Source: Octopus bimaculoides
Taxonomy: Eukaryota
Reading direction: 5' to 3'
Assembly (NCBI RefSeq): GCF_001194135.2
Contig: NC_068983.1
Coordinates: forward strand, 8,342,809-8,382,033
Length of the DNA stretch: 39,225 nucleotides
Shown here: piece after piece, positions 12,145 through 24,839 of the stretch
How the letters are laid out: each line of letters begins with the position of its first letter
Position numbering within the stretch: position 1 is the first letter of the stretch
The notes under the pieces: generated by a model
What the model was told of the DNA's origin: nothing
Databases searched by the model: none
The model's input: the letters and a program-made list of their open reading frames with translations, nothing else
Program-made: the position numbers and the translations under genes

Positions 12145-12950
12145 ATTTGTAATAGAGACACAGTCCACAAACTTTGGAGAGGTTTTAGCCGATTATATTG
12201 AGCACATCATTCATAAGGTACTTTATTATATTTCATCGTACCCAGAATGATAAAAGGTATGGGCAGCATCAGAGTGATTTAAACATAGTAATGAAACCTC
12301 CGTAACTAAACAGCACAAGGCATCTTGCCCGATGCACTTACGATTCTGAAATTCGATGATTTAGATGGATTCTTACACAGAAGGTTAGACGTTTGGGGTT
12401 GGACGAGCTAGTTATATTGCGTCGACCTGTTAGCTGTGAAGTTCTTAATTTGTCGAACGGTGGACGATGAAAACAAATTCCTCTTCGGAGGGTTACAACT
12501 AAGATGTAAATAACTGTATGTCATAACGCAGTGTTATTTATCCGTTAGTTTATCGATTCTGCCAATTTATTGTTAAAACTAATTAATATTATATAAAAGT
12601 CGACTGATAATATCACTAGAACAACCGACAAATTATCTTGCGGTATTTAGTCACGTCCGGTCGACCATATATTTGATCCTCTCTGGGTCGATAACACATG
12701 TTATCGCCAAATAGTGTGATTGATATATTCAACTGTTCTCTCTTCTCTCTCACCTTAGGAGGCATTGCTTCTATGTTAGCAATCAATATTAATTATTATT
12801 AACTTCTGCAAGATGGCTGACTGTCGGAATCTTAATACGGATAAATAGCGTTGAGTTTTGTTCTGGCTCTTTGCATTCTGTTTTTTCAAATTTAGCCGAG
12901 ATCAACGTAGATTTAAACTATTTCAGGATCGATAAATAAAGTACCATTCC
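12145..12950. mobile_element. Cluster of highly degenerate family-B SINE remnants (~12145-12350 minus, ~12600-12700, ~12810-12950 plus)
   Basis: Patchy matches to family-B motifs (gatcgataaataaagtacca; acgattctg). Boundaries approximate. Confidence 0.45.
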
Positions 12951-15900
12951 AATTGAATTACAACCTCCTTTCTTACTTACTGTCACATTGTGGATGTACT
13001 TCCGTGTCAGAGCCGCGAGGGCCGAGAGAGTGTCTGTGTCTAATCAGACTACATAAACACCGAAAACAATATACATCATAATGCATATAATCGAGTCGTT
13101 GTAGCTAGAAATATTAACTTCTGTAGCTAACTGAAATTTCTGCCATACTGCATTTAAATTTATATAACAAACATATGATATGAAACACATACTTTTTGAC
13201 AGAAAACTGGATTAAATATGTGCAGTCTTTTCACGGAGACATCAGTATATATAAAATGGATTAATTTGGATTATATAAACTTACTACAAACATATTCTCT
13301 GCCATAGACAGTAATGTCAAACACATAGATATAGATTAATATGCTACAAATAATCTTGGAAAATAGACATAATTTTCAGATTAATATTGTTTCCTATACC
13401 TTCATAAATAGATCCTCGCGCCTTTTTCTGACCTTAAATTTCTGGCCAGAAATTCAAAGAACAGGAAAGATTTTCATCCTCTGAAAGCAAATAACTAAAT
13501 AATAATAATACATTATATTCTGTCGAAGATTTAATTTCTGCTATAAAATCAATTTTCTTTCAACATATCTACCAGACGAGTGTGCATTCTTTTTTTCTTT
13601 TAACNNNNNNNNNNNNNNNNNNNNNNNNNNNNNNNNNNNNNNNNNNNNNNNNNNNNNNNNNNNNNNNNNNNNNNNNNNNNNNNNNNNNNNNNNNNNNNNN
13701 NNNNNNNNNNNNNNNNNNNNNNNNNNNNNNNNNNNNNNNNNNNNNNNNNNNNNNNNNNNNNNNNNNNNNNNNNNNNNNNNNNNNNNNNNNNNNNNNNNNN
13801 NNNNNNNNNNNNNNNNNNNNNNNNNNNNNNNNNNNNNNNNNNNNNNNNNNNNNNNNNNNNNNNNNNNNNNNNNNNNNNNNNNNNNNNNNNNNNNNNNNNN
13901 NNNNNNNNNNNNNNNNNNNNNNNNNNNNNNNNNNNNNNNNATATATATATATATATATATACATACATGTATGTGTGATTCTGTGTGTATATTTTTGCTT
14001 TATGTAAAGTTATGCACAAAAACAATTCGACATTAAACTGAAGGTTTTCTCAATGCTTTTTAGTCGAGAACATATTTTAACTGTTACACGGAAAAGGTTG
14101 AGAGTGGCTTCGAATTCTTCTGCTTAATTCCGTCGACCAACTATAACTTTGTAATTACTGTCAACAATTTCGCTGCAACATAAATAAATAAATCTGGAAT
14201 TCTATTGCAAAATATTGGGTGTGACTTTATTCCAATCATTACAGTGTTAGACTGTTTTTATAAAAGCAAGCAATTAACAATTATACATATTAGGGCGTGA
14301 AAGATTATGGGATTTGGCGCAGAAAATATTTTCTTTTGTAGATTGTGTGTGTAAACCACATTAAACCGATAACCAAGTGACAACAGCAAATGTCTGCACG
14401 GCATGTCTCACTAGGAGGTTGGGTCAATGTTAGAGAGAGAGATTTTCTTGAGGCAATACCCTGCGTGAATAGGTCCCACATTCTCGTGTGCACATCACTT
14501 ACATTGACCTTAGTAGCTTGTTTAAATACACACGCACACACACCCACACACTCACACACACACACGAACACGCACACACATATGTATATATACAAACACA
14601 CTTTCTCACGCAATTAAGCATGCACTTAAAATAAAACACAAAGTGCAAGCACAATCACAGACACAGAACGCTTATCACCATAATAATTGTGTGTGTATGT
14701 GTGGGTGTTTTTCTGTGTGTGCTTGTGTATTGGAGTGTGTTTGTGTGTGTGTGTGCGTCTTTGTGTGTTCGTATGTGTGCTCAATAGTTTGTGAATGTAA
14801 AAATAAGTGTTATGTAATTTACGTTAAATGAAATCTGTACGTTACTGGTGGAAGAATACATGTCCACAATATTTCTTTCGGAATTAAATGAGTTAAGTGT
14901 AGTTTGGCCAGTTGCCTAGAACACCATTTGTTAGTCAATTTGATTTCTTTAACAGCTTGACGAGTTTAATTTGCTTTCTGAACCCACTTCTAATTATGCA
15001 GATTGGTGCCTGAACCAAATCTTTATTTGCCATTGACAGTTATAATGTCAATAATAAAAAAGTAAGGTATATAACTAAGAAAATAAGCAACTAATCGCTT
15101 TGCACATCACCATTTGTAGCTGTTCGCTCTGCCAATTTCATCAGAAGAAGAATCGATATTGATTTTAAACGCACAGATGTGTAGCTGTCTTAACCTGCCT
15201 TAATGTTGGCGATTTGTGTTGGAGATATTAGGCACCCAATTCAATGTTGACATTGAAGAATAAATATTGTTAAGCTGATATCCTATGTCTGAACAAGATA
15301 GAACATTCTAGAAAGTAGTTTCAACTTATGCAAGTTTCTTCTTTTTTAATCACTTAGTCCATATGGTTAATGATGTTGAACAAAATAACTTCTAGTTTAG
15401 CCATGTATAACAACGTACAATATTGGTAATTCATACAGCGATTACATATATTCTCATTAACTCTTAAATTATGTATCTTAAAATGTAGAGAATATCGTAA
15501 TGTCTATCGCATCTCATAAATATGCAACTTTTCTTAAATGTGATACAATACCTCAAAATACAGAGAATTTTTTAAATTAAGCCGCATCACTTGAAAATAT
15601 CAGGATATCGTATTGGCGACAGCATTTCTCAAAATAATCTGTCTTAAATTATACAGCAATAAATTATATATATAATACATTTCAAAATATAAACATACTA
15701 TTAAAGTATGTAGCATTTTTTAAACACGTAAAAGATTTTATATTGGCAGCAGCTTGTAAATAAACAGCTTCTTTCAAACGTAAGAGCGTTTCTGAAAATA
15801 TAGAATTCTCTTAGAACATACAATCTCTGCAATTATAAGAATTAACCATTAAAAATGTCCGTTCAAAGGTATATCTTCAAAACAATAGACTATGTCTGCA

Positions 15901-16232
15901 ATGATAACACCGTGAAAGAAATATCGCGTATGGTTCTTTTCAAATATATCTACTACTGATTAGACATTGCTAAAACATGCCGTAGATTTCCGAAAAGGGT
16001 ATAGGTGACTGTTTTGATATATACATATATATATACTAATAATAATAAAGGTAGCTTATTTCCAACATATAGCAGAAAGGTAGAAGTATAGACGTCAATA
16101 AAGTGACTAAGGGTAGTAGCACATTTATTTCTAACAATGCTTGTGCCATCAAGTACTCTTAGTCAATTTAGCAACATCTTATATATACATATATATGTGT
16201 GTGTGAGTGTGTATATAGTAAATCCAAGTGAA

Positions 16233-16552
16233 GGCGCATGGATCAGTGGCTAGAGCGTCGAGCTTACGATCGTGAGGTTGCGAGTTCGAATCCCTGACCG
16301 GACTGCGTGTTGTGTTCTTGACCAAGAAACTTTATTTCACGTTGCTCCAGTTCACTCAGCTGTAGAAATGAGTTGCGACGTCACAGATGCCAAGCTGCAT
16401 CGGCCCCTTTGCCTTTCCCTTGGATAACACTGGTGGCGTGTAGAAGGGATGCCGACTGCCGGTCTTCCATAAACAACCTTGCCCGGACTTGTGCCTCGGA
16501 GTGTAACTTTCTAGGTGCAATCCTATGGCCAGTCATGACCGAAGGGGCTCTC
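16233..16552 (+). mobile_element. tRNA-derived SINE family C, near full length
   Basis: A-box TGGATCAGTGG, B-box AGTTCGAATCC, central domain gttgtgttcttgaccaagaaactttatttcacgttgctccagttcactcagctgtagaaatgag resembling conserved metazoan SINE central domains, and a distinct 3' part. Confidence 0.85.
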
Positions 16553-16664
16553 AGGAATAAATCAAACGAAGAACAAACGTACAAACAACAACGACAACAA
16601 CAACAGTGGGAGGTCGTGGTACATGTAATGTGTTAGCAGACGCTCAGTAAAGGAAAGACATATG

Positions 16665-16700
16665 GTTTAACGTTTCGAGCTGACGTTCTTCTTCGGAAAC
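16665..16700 (-). ncRNA. Minimal type-I hammerhead-ribozyme-like motif (Penelope-type), probably degenerate
   Basis: Minus strand reads GUUU-CCGAAGA-A-GAAC(GUCA)GCUC-GAAAC-GUU-AAAC. Stem I is GUUU/AAAC, stem II pairs 3 of 4, helix III is the palindrome ACGU, and the NUH triplet is GUU. The core deviates at U4 (C instead). Confidence 0.5.
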
Positions 16701-16741
16701 AGAGGAAGAAAATCGTCAACGATTCACGTGTGTGTGTGGTG

Positions 16742-16776
<35 letters not shown>

Positions 16777-17103
16777 TNNNNNNNNNNNNNNNNNNNNNNN
16801 NNNNNNNNNNNNNNNNNNNNNNNNNNNNNNNNNNNNNNNNNNNNNNNNNNNNNNNNNNNNNNNNNNNNNNNNNNNNNNNNNNNNNNNNNNNNNNNNNNNN
16901 NNNNNNNNNNNNNNNNNNNNNNNNNNNNNNNNNNNNATATCTGTGTGAGTTAATATGTGTGATTTCTATTATAATAAACAATGATGAGAGAAGTACTTCG
17001 CTTTTTATGCAAAATATTTACAAAGAAGTGATAATGCTTACATTCAGGATTGAGACCATGAGACCAACATCTGAAACCTGTTTACTGAAAATTCAACAAT
17101 ATT

Positions 17104-17285
17104 TCACATTACTAAAATACACACATACATGAATATGCACAAACACATAATCACAGACACACAGACATACACACATACACACTCACGCGTACACACACAC
17201 ACACACACACACATAGCCTGAGTAAACACACGCACACACACATATAGCCTGACTAAACACACGCACACACACACACACACACGCA
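17104..17285 (+). repeat. (CA)n-rich compound microsatellite with a duplicated catagcctga.taaacacacgcacacac unit
   Basis: Directly visible. Confidence 0.85.
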
Positions 17286-19911
17286 AAACATCTAAAATTA
17301 TAATGGGAGACTAAATATTCAGACTAAGTTAGGCTACATCATCAATAAGTATATGAGTTAAGAGACTGACATTATATTTACGATTATATAATTTGTAAAT
17401 GTAAACTATGAGTTAAAAGTATAAGGATAAGTAGACAAATAATTAGTAATTGAATAAATAATAGGTCACAAAAAGGTAAAATAGGGTGGCGACATGAAAG
17501 GAAGTTAGGCCCCGATCATTCTCACTGTTGGGAAATTTAAATTTAGGGTCTTGATTGATTACTTCTTTTTCTGTCATGCGCAAATAAAAATATTTTTTTA
17601 CTTCAATCGCTAGGCTGTCTTAGCGCATATCATCTATGACAATGTACCACCATCGTTAGTTGTAATATTAGATGTACCGTGACAGACTAGTTAGGTGATT
17701 AAAAAAACAGAATAGGCCTCGGGGTTTATACTATACAAATACAAGGGTTTTCGCTAGGACATGAAGCAAGATTTGCTGTCGGAAAAAAGTTTAAAATACG
17801 CTTCTTAAATTTTTAAACATATCAACAAACGAACAGTATGTATAGAATTACAGGAGTTGTACTTAATCCGTCATCTCTTAATGTAACACCATATGACACT
17901 TAAATGATTCTAGTATAAATTACTTTCTTGAAAACGTTAGACCGTGTAACTGGTCTGAATAAAACATTTTCCATTTTCCCTCTAGGTTTTAGAAGTGACT
18001 ACAGGTGCCACTTTTTCTATTCATGATTATATCTTGTATAAAAATACAAAACAAAAACAATATATCAACTGCAACAACAACAGCAACATCAACATGTTTT
18101 CGTTTGACAAATGAAGAAATCAGTTGTGTAAGTACAAGATTGTATAGTTTTAGAGGAATGAAGAAGGAAAGCTGTGACATTTATGCCTATTCTAAGGAAT
18201 TAGTATTCGAAGTGAAATGAAATGGCGACAACCAAATATTTAGATCCGCTGCAGTTTCAGCTCACCAGGATATTACATCGCTCTATAATGTATTTGCCAT
18301 AATAAATCAAAATGTCAAAAGCAAAAATTTAGAAAATAGCTTATGTAAGCAAAGAAACTTCAAGACGCAAAAATCTCATTTCTATCCCGAAACCAATTTT
18401 GACCAGGGAAGACTGAATTGCTTCTCAGATAATTGGATCTAACAGGTAAAACTCGTTACAAACTAACAAACAAAAAAAGCGCATCAGAGAATATTTTAAT
18501 TCCTTCGCACATCTACGACTATAAAACCATATAACTTTTCTCTATAGGGAAGGCAAAATGTAGTTGAATGCAGAATACTTTGAGATCAACTATTCTATTT
18601 AAAGGGACATATTTACCATTTTGTGCAAGTATAAAACTGTCAACAATTGCTGAAGCACAATGTTCTTTTTTTTAAAATTGATAGACTATTGAATATATCT
18701 TTTTTATTTAGTTTTAATGATGGTTAACATGGAACGAAGAAAAATGCATTAGCGTCTTTATAAAACATATTCTGGTACATCTACAAACAGAAAATCAACA
18801 GAAATGATCAATAACATCATTTATGAACATTTTGTTTTCCACTATGTACAGCTGGCGGTCACAGGAATGTGTGGTAGAATGGAAACACAATAGAGAGGAA
18901 GAGACGGTATTATAGTGTGTCTTGGCAACATGGTGTATACTTTTAACATTTTATTTTCAACGTTCAAATCCCATTGAAACCGAATGTGCCTTCCTTCGAT
19001 TGAAGAGTTTCTAACTTAAGCACCAATTAAATCATTAATTCTTCGATGCAAATGTTCATACACTTATAACAACTCCATATTGGTTTTAACGCTAATTCTC
19101 GAACCAAGAAGAGTAATTAATCAAGATACGTACATTTCAGTTCGCTGTGTTTGTTGTTTAGTCCTTTTATCATAAAGGCATACCTTGATAAACACCTCTT
19201 TAGGGTATTTATGACTTAATTATCAAGGGTATATTTCCGTATGAATAATGTTTAACTACTATTTTTAGTATATCAAGAGTACCTGAAACATTTAAGGGAC
19301 GAGATGCACTGGGGACGCATACTGAACTAGATGGAGATTAGGATAGCGCAAATGTAATAATACCTGTCGGAAAACCGAGAATATTCAATCACTAGACATA
19401 AATCGATCTTGTGATGTGTACAATTTAAAAATCGAACGAGCAAGGGACATAACGTTAGTGACATAAGTTTACAAATTAAGTAAACGCAAATAAGAATGTT
19501 CTTCACTAGACTCCAGCAGCGAAGCATGGAGTCCTCAATTTGGGAGAATATATATATATATATACGTATGTATATATATAACGTGTAAATGTGCCACGTC
19601 TATTGGAAATATTATTGCTAAGGTTATCACTGCACTTAAAGAAGATAATTTAACTAATACAACTTAGATAACACATACAAATGTTTTATCGACATCAGAT
19701 CCGGCCAAGAATATACATTTATGAAAAAAAAAAAAAGAATATAGACTGAAACAAATAATATATATATATATANNNNNNNNNNATTTAAATACGAATACAT
19801 TTATTCGTATAATATTCAGTAGCCGATAACGTCAATGGTTACAGTTTATCATCAAACAATTACTGACAATCCATATGAATCTAAAGCACACACACAGACA
19901 CACAAAGGCGT

Positions 19912-19943
<32 letters not shown>

Positions 19944-21096
19944 TCGTACATTCATATGTATTGGCTTGTTATACTTACATACAGGACAAGCTTCGACAAG
20001 GATTTGTTTTCTATCACATTGCACTAATATGGGCTTGATCGACTCAGTTTTGTGGTTGCTGTCACAAAATCGACTTAATTCCAGAACCTCTAAAGTACAC
20101 AACCAACCTATTTACATGTCAATCATAGATGCAACATGTCGTTGCTAATGAGATGAAAAGTTTCAGAATGGTAGGCAGAGTGATTAAAATAGTAAAGAAG
20201 AAAGAGAAACAAAAATAATAATATTGGAAATAATGACACACTTGACTCGAGGAGAAGAAAACCAATCGCAGTTGGTGACGGCGTCAGAATAAATCGATTC
20301 CATACCTTTTCGGAAAACAAAATCAGATTCTGTGCCTCACAGCACTCGCATTTATTCCATTTTCTTAACTATAAACTTGTGTACTGCTTAATCGCTCAAC
20401 TGTAAGTTATTTTACGACCTCATTAAATGTAAATTTGTCAAACTCTTCGCATTCTCGCAGATATTTCTGGTTGTTTTATTGTAAGTTATTCAATCATCTC
20501 AATCAGATCCTGTTTTAGATCGAGGTTTTGTAATTAGTGCAGATTGAAGCAAATATTTTTAAATATTTGATATTTTTTTACTTTTGTTATTCACAAATTC
20601 TATTTGTTTCCTCTTTTCAGGTTTTTGATAATTAAATTTATCAAATTAAATTTATTATTGGTTAACCTTAGAATGAACAATGAATACATGTTTACGTTTT
20701 TAAACAAAGCGCGTACTCAGTTTCTATTATGCTGCTTTATCGCTAGGACATTCTTTGTATTAACACGTTTTACTATTTTGAAATATGTAAACATTTAGAT
20801 TTTAATTGGAAGCTCAAAATTAATTAGCTTTTGTTTAGGGATGTGAGACGCTGAATACTTGCATGTTTCTTTATAATGAAAATTACAATAGGGAAAATGT
20901 AATCTGTGATATGTCACGGGCAAACTAAGTAAAAAAGATTTGAGCAACTTGTATATGAAAAATAAAAATTTAAGAGTAGTTTTTATATATTCTGTTGGCT
21001 GGAAAATACAGTGTGCGTTTTATACTCACAGGCACGCGCGCATAGACACAAGCACACACACACATGTATATATATGTATGCATGTATGTATGCATA

Positions 21097-21131
<35 letters not shown>

Positions 21132-21306
21132 NNNNNNNNNNNNNNNNNNNNNNNNNNNNNNNNNNNNNNNNNNNNNNNNNNNNNNNNNNNNNNNNNNNNN
21201 NNNNNNNNNNNNNNNNNNNNNNNNNNNNNNNNNNNNNNNNNNNNNNNNNNNNNNNNNNNNNNNNNNNNNNNNNNNNNNNNNNNNNNNNNNNNNNNNNNNN
21301 NNNNNN

Positions 21307-21375
21307 TATATAGATAGATAGATAGACAGAGAGACGGATAGACAGATAGATAGATAGACAGAGAGACGGATAGAC

Positions 21376-21418
<43 letters not shown>

Positions 21419-21460
21419 CAGATAGATAGATAGATCGATAGATGGATAGATAATAGATAG
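21307..21460 (+). repeat. (GATA)n/(GACA)n compound microsatellite
   Basis: Directly visible. Confidence 0.95.
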
Positions 21461-21479
21461 AGATGTAATACCTGCTGTG

Positions 21480-22720
21480 AAATCCTCCAGTACCTCCAAG
21501 ATGTGCGACAATGACACTGGCTGTCGGGTAGCTATGATGGCTGGATAAAATTCGGTATATCTTGGCATGAATAACCATGCTGCAAAGGTACCCGACTACC
21601 AGCCATGCAGCTGGGTTGCCTTAGTAGAAGCGGACGCACGGTTCATATTGTAGCGTTTGGCCCAATTGATGGAGTGAAAGAATACAGATTCCTCTGCACG
21701 TTGAGTTCGTGGACCACGGGAAGGCCTTTGAGAGTGTCGAGATCAATACAGAGCTGAGGTGGTTTCGGAAACAAGGAGTCGAAGTACAATACATTAAACT
21801 TCTCCAAGTGGCAAATTCTATTTGTACCACCGACATATCTCTGCTGTTGTCAGCCGTAAGAGTATCGGTGGAAAAGGCTGTCAAGTAAGTAGACACCACC
21901 TTTTGAAACACTTCACCGAGTGTCTCGAGCAGATCATCTAAAGCATCGACTGGTGATGTGGCATGACGCACTTCAGTTTCGCTGACGACATAACGCTCAA
22001 CACCATGACGACAAAACAATAGCCGACCATGCTGACAGCGATGGACATCAGAAGTTCGGAAGTAGGCCTCAAAATGAACCACATGAAAACCAATTTTATG
22101 CGGTTCAAATATTCAACAACAGGCCGAATAGTGGTGGTTGGAGATGATGAAATAGAGGAGGTGAACAAGAATTGAATTTGCACTGAGACGTGGAGTAGAT
22201 CTCGCGGAGATTAAAGGTCGGATGGAAAGTGTTCAACTCTAACAAATATGTGCTTAAAGGGAAGCTGGATAGGACCACTGGCGCCAGTCTTTTCCACAGC
22301 AAATTGTACCTGCAAATTTGTACGGCACCGAAATCTAGGCAACGACGAAGAGAGAGGAGCAGAGACTGGTAACTGCTCAAAGAGAAGATCAATGCTGAGA
22401 ATGTTTCTGAAAGAGCATATTCACAGCGAAGCGATCAGAGAGAGATCTGATGTGCGAGACATCATCGCAAAATATAGAAGGTAGAATTTTAGATAGGGCG
22501 TACACATCGAGCGGTTCACCGACAATAGGTGGACTTGCGCAGTGCCGAATGTTATCCGCGTGAGCGGGAGCGGTCATTCGTAAAGCCTGCAAAACCTAGT
22601 ATTGAGGAAATAAGACAAACATTTGTAGCTAGGTGGCTGAGTAAGGTACGATCCATAGCGGAATAAACGGCGTGCTGTGACGAGCGGTGTCCAAATCAGA
22701 CCCGATAATTTGGTTGGTCA
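21480..22720 (+). mobile_element. Decayed RTE-clade LINE reverse-transcriptase fragment
   Basis: Plus-strand translation across stops and frameshifts gives FVDHGKAFESVE (21706-), KQGVEVQYIKLL, KHFTECLE, HFSFADDI (FADD 21978-21989), EVGLKMNHMKT, GWKVF, LYGTE, SMLRMFLKEHIHSEAIRERSDV, and RFTDNRWT. These match RTE RT and thumb motifs in order. The supplied minus-strand ORFs here are antisense shadows. Confidence 0.9.
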
Positions 22721-22724
22721 AGAT

Positions 22725-23499
22725 TACGGAAAACGTCTTCCAGGCAGGAAGACGTTTTACATAATCGAGTCGAGGACCGTCTGCGATTCGCTTTGCATCT
22801 CGACAACGGTGTTAAAATGACGGTCTTTGAGCTGAATTTTTCTCTTGGGGAAGAGGCAGAAGTCTGCAGGTGCTAAATCTGGCGAATAGGGCAGGTGCGG
22901 AAGCGATACCATGTTGTTTTTGGCGAGAAACCTACGTATGGACAGTGCTCGGTTACAAGGTTCATTGTTGTTGGAAAGAATCCAGAAGTTAGAATTAGCT
23001 GTACGGATCCATACGACAGACGTGCAGCATCAGCAATATATTTTTCTGATCCTCATGCACAATGCTGATGAATATTCGCCACATTACCGGAGGGTGACCC
23101 TCATGGCAATTGTTCCAAATCATTCGTCGTCTTCTGGGACATTGTTCCGCTTTTGAAGCACCCGTATACTCCAAACATTGCGTACCATCTCTTGCCTCGT
23201 CACCTTAAACTTACTGAAGCATGCTCAATGGTCCTGTACCAGATATCCCAAGTTTAACGCAAAATTTCAAGTTGGCTCTCTATTACAACATCCTGCCATG
23301 ACAAAAATCGCAGACTACAACATACTCGTGTTCATATAAACACAAATTTCACGACTTGCAAAGTAAACACAGCGATGTCACTCGGGATATTGCCTCATGA
23401 AGGTCACCACAGCTAGCTTCCATTGCGCACGCAAAAGTGTGCTGCCAGCTATTGGCGCGTTACAGAACTAGTTCAGGAGCGTTTTGCCACTACCTCGTA
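22725..23499 (-). mobile_element. Mariner-like DNA transposon, internally deleted and missing one terminus
   Basis: Intact end TA|CGAGGTAGTGGCAAAACG at 23499-23480. N-terminal HTH region RANLKFCVKLG...EDDE. C-terminal WILSNNNEPCNRAL...LPHLPYSPDLAPADFCLFPK (YSPDLAPAD 22862-22888, a mariner signature). The central part is absent. Confidence 0.9.
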
Positions 23500-23984
23500 T
23501 ATATATATTTTAACAAGGGAAGACATACAGAAAGACAGAACAGTCAGGAATATTACAAATGTAAAATGACATACAGTACAATCCAGCTCAGACTGTTGTC
23601 ATACGACAACATTATGTTAGCATAGACGTATTTTAATGTATAATTAATGAAAAAGTCACTGCAGAAATATAGCGGTTGTCTGTAAGCTTAAGAGTAAATT
23701 TTGCAAATGTGCGTCATAGTGTAAGTTGATCTGCTACGTAATTAGTAGGTTTATATTTCAGCACTGTACATATTTATCAACTTTTGAAGTTTAAGACGTA
23801 ATTGAATTATTTTAGCAAGCTATTATTAAGCTTTTATCTCGAGTAAACTATTTATGCAAACCACAATTTTAAGGTAGGTATTAATCTAAAACCTTCAGCT
23901 ATGTTTCTTTCGTTTAATTATTAGAATACCATGATTAATGTCTTTCGTCAATATTAGGTACCATGTTATATTACCAATTATTAT

Positions 23985-23989
23985 TATCA

Positions 23990-24067
<78 letters not shown>

Positions 24068-24755
24068 TCTTCGTAAAACAGTGCAGATATAAATGCACCG
24101 GAGTCTATAGTCAACTGTTAAGTCACAACAAGGACCTCAGACAGATAATACTTGCCTTAAGATGTGCGTTGTGCCCAGCAAGCTGCTTTTAGCAAGACAC
24201 CAATCTTGCGTATGATTTCCAGTTGCCATAAGAAATCTTGAAGTTCCAATGGGATTGAGCCCAACACTTCGATCACCACTGGTATCACTTTTACATTACC
24301 CTCTCGCATTCCACACATTCTTGCCACTTCCACTTTCAATTCGGAGTATTGGGGAGATTTTCAACCTCTTTACCCACAACATTCATGTCATTTGGTATGG
24401 CTACATCAATGATCTGACAGTATTTGTCTCTCTTATTCAATATGACAATATCCGGTCGACAGTGTTCTATTACACGATCTGTCTGAAAATCATAGTCCCA
24501 GAGTATCGTTACTTTTCCATCCTCCTGCTTAACTTTACTTGGTACTTGCTCACACCAGTTCTCTGTTACTTCATATTGGTATTTACAGCATAAGAGCCAA
24601 TGAAGATACACACACACACTTTATCGAGGCGGTGCTTGTATTCTTTTTATGCAAGGATCTCACATCCCCTTACCAAGTGGGTTACATTTTCATCACTCTT
24701 TCCACAGAGTCTGTATTTCTGGGTGTCAGAAGTTTTATAAATGTCATATTTCACT
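23985..24755 (-). mobile_element. 3' fragment of an R4/Dong-type RLE non-LTR retrotransposon, copy 2, with (TAA)n tail
   Basis: [Y]RLCGKSDENVTHLVRGC, LHWLLC, ILWDYDFQTDRVIEHCRPDIVILNK...IIDVAIP (PD..D nuclease core), VIPVVIEVLGSI, LLGTTHILRQVLSV* (stop 24137-24139), ~70-nt 3' UTR, then (TAA)n at 23985-24066. Confidence 0.9.
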
Positions 24756-24839
24756 AACTTGGTGGTGAGAGCCTGGTCTTGTGCAGCAATGATCAGGCTT
24801 TCGGTGGTACACTTCCAATCACTTCACTCAGCCATGCCC

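Noticed and set aside
12380-12502. Open AG-GT-bounded segment VTLRRGICFHRPPFDKLRTSQLTGRRNITSSSNPKRLTFC (minus)
   Set aside because: Phase does not fit the MPPK microexon and no family was recognised.
13437-13454. Perfect 18-bp palindrome AATTTCTGGCCAGAAATT
   Set aside because: One such palindrome is not unexpected in this much AT-rich DNA. No second copy or context.
16233-16310. tRNA-like sequences here and at 6304, 28486 and 39025
   Set aside because: Have A/B boxes but no complete cloverleaf and continue into SINE bodies, so they are SINE heads, not tRNA genes.
17986-18127. Plus-strand segment between a strong acceptor and GTAAGT
   Set aside because: All frames from the acceptor hit stops and the content is (CAA)-rich low complexity. 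Could be a UTR exon, but unsupported.
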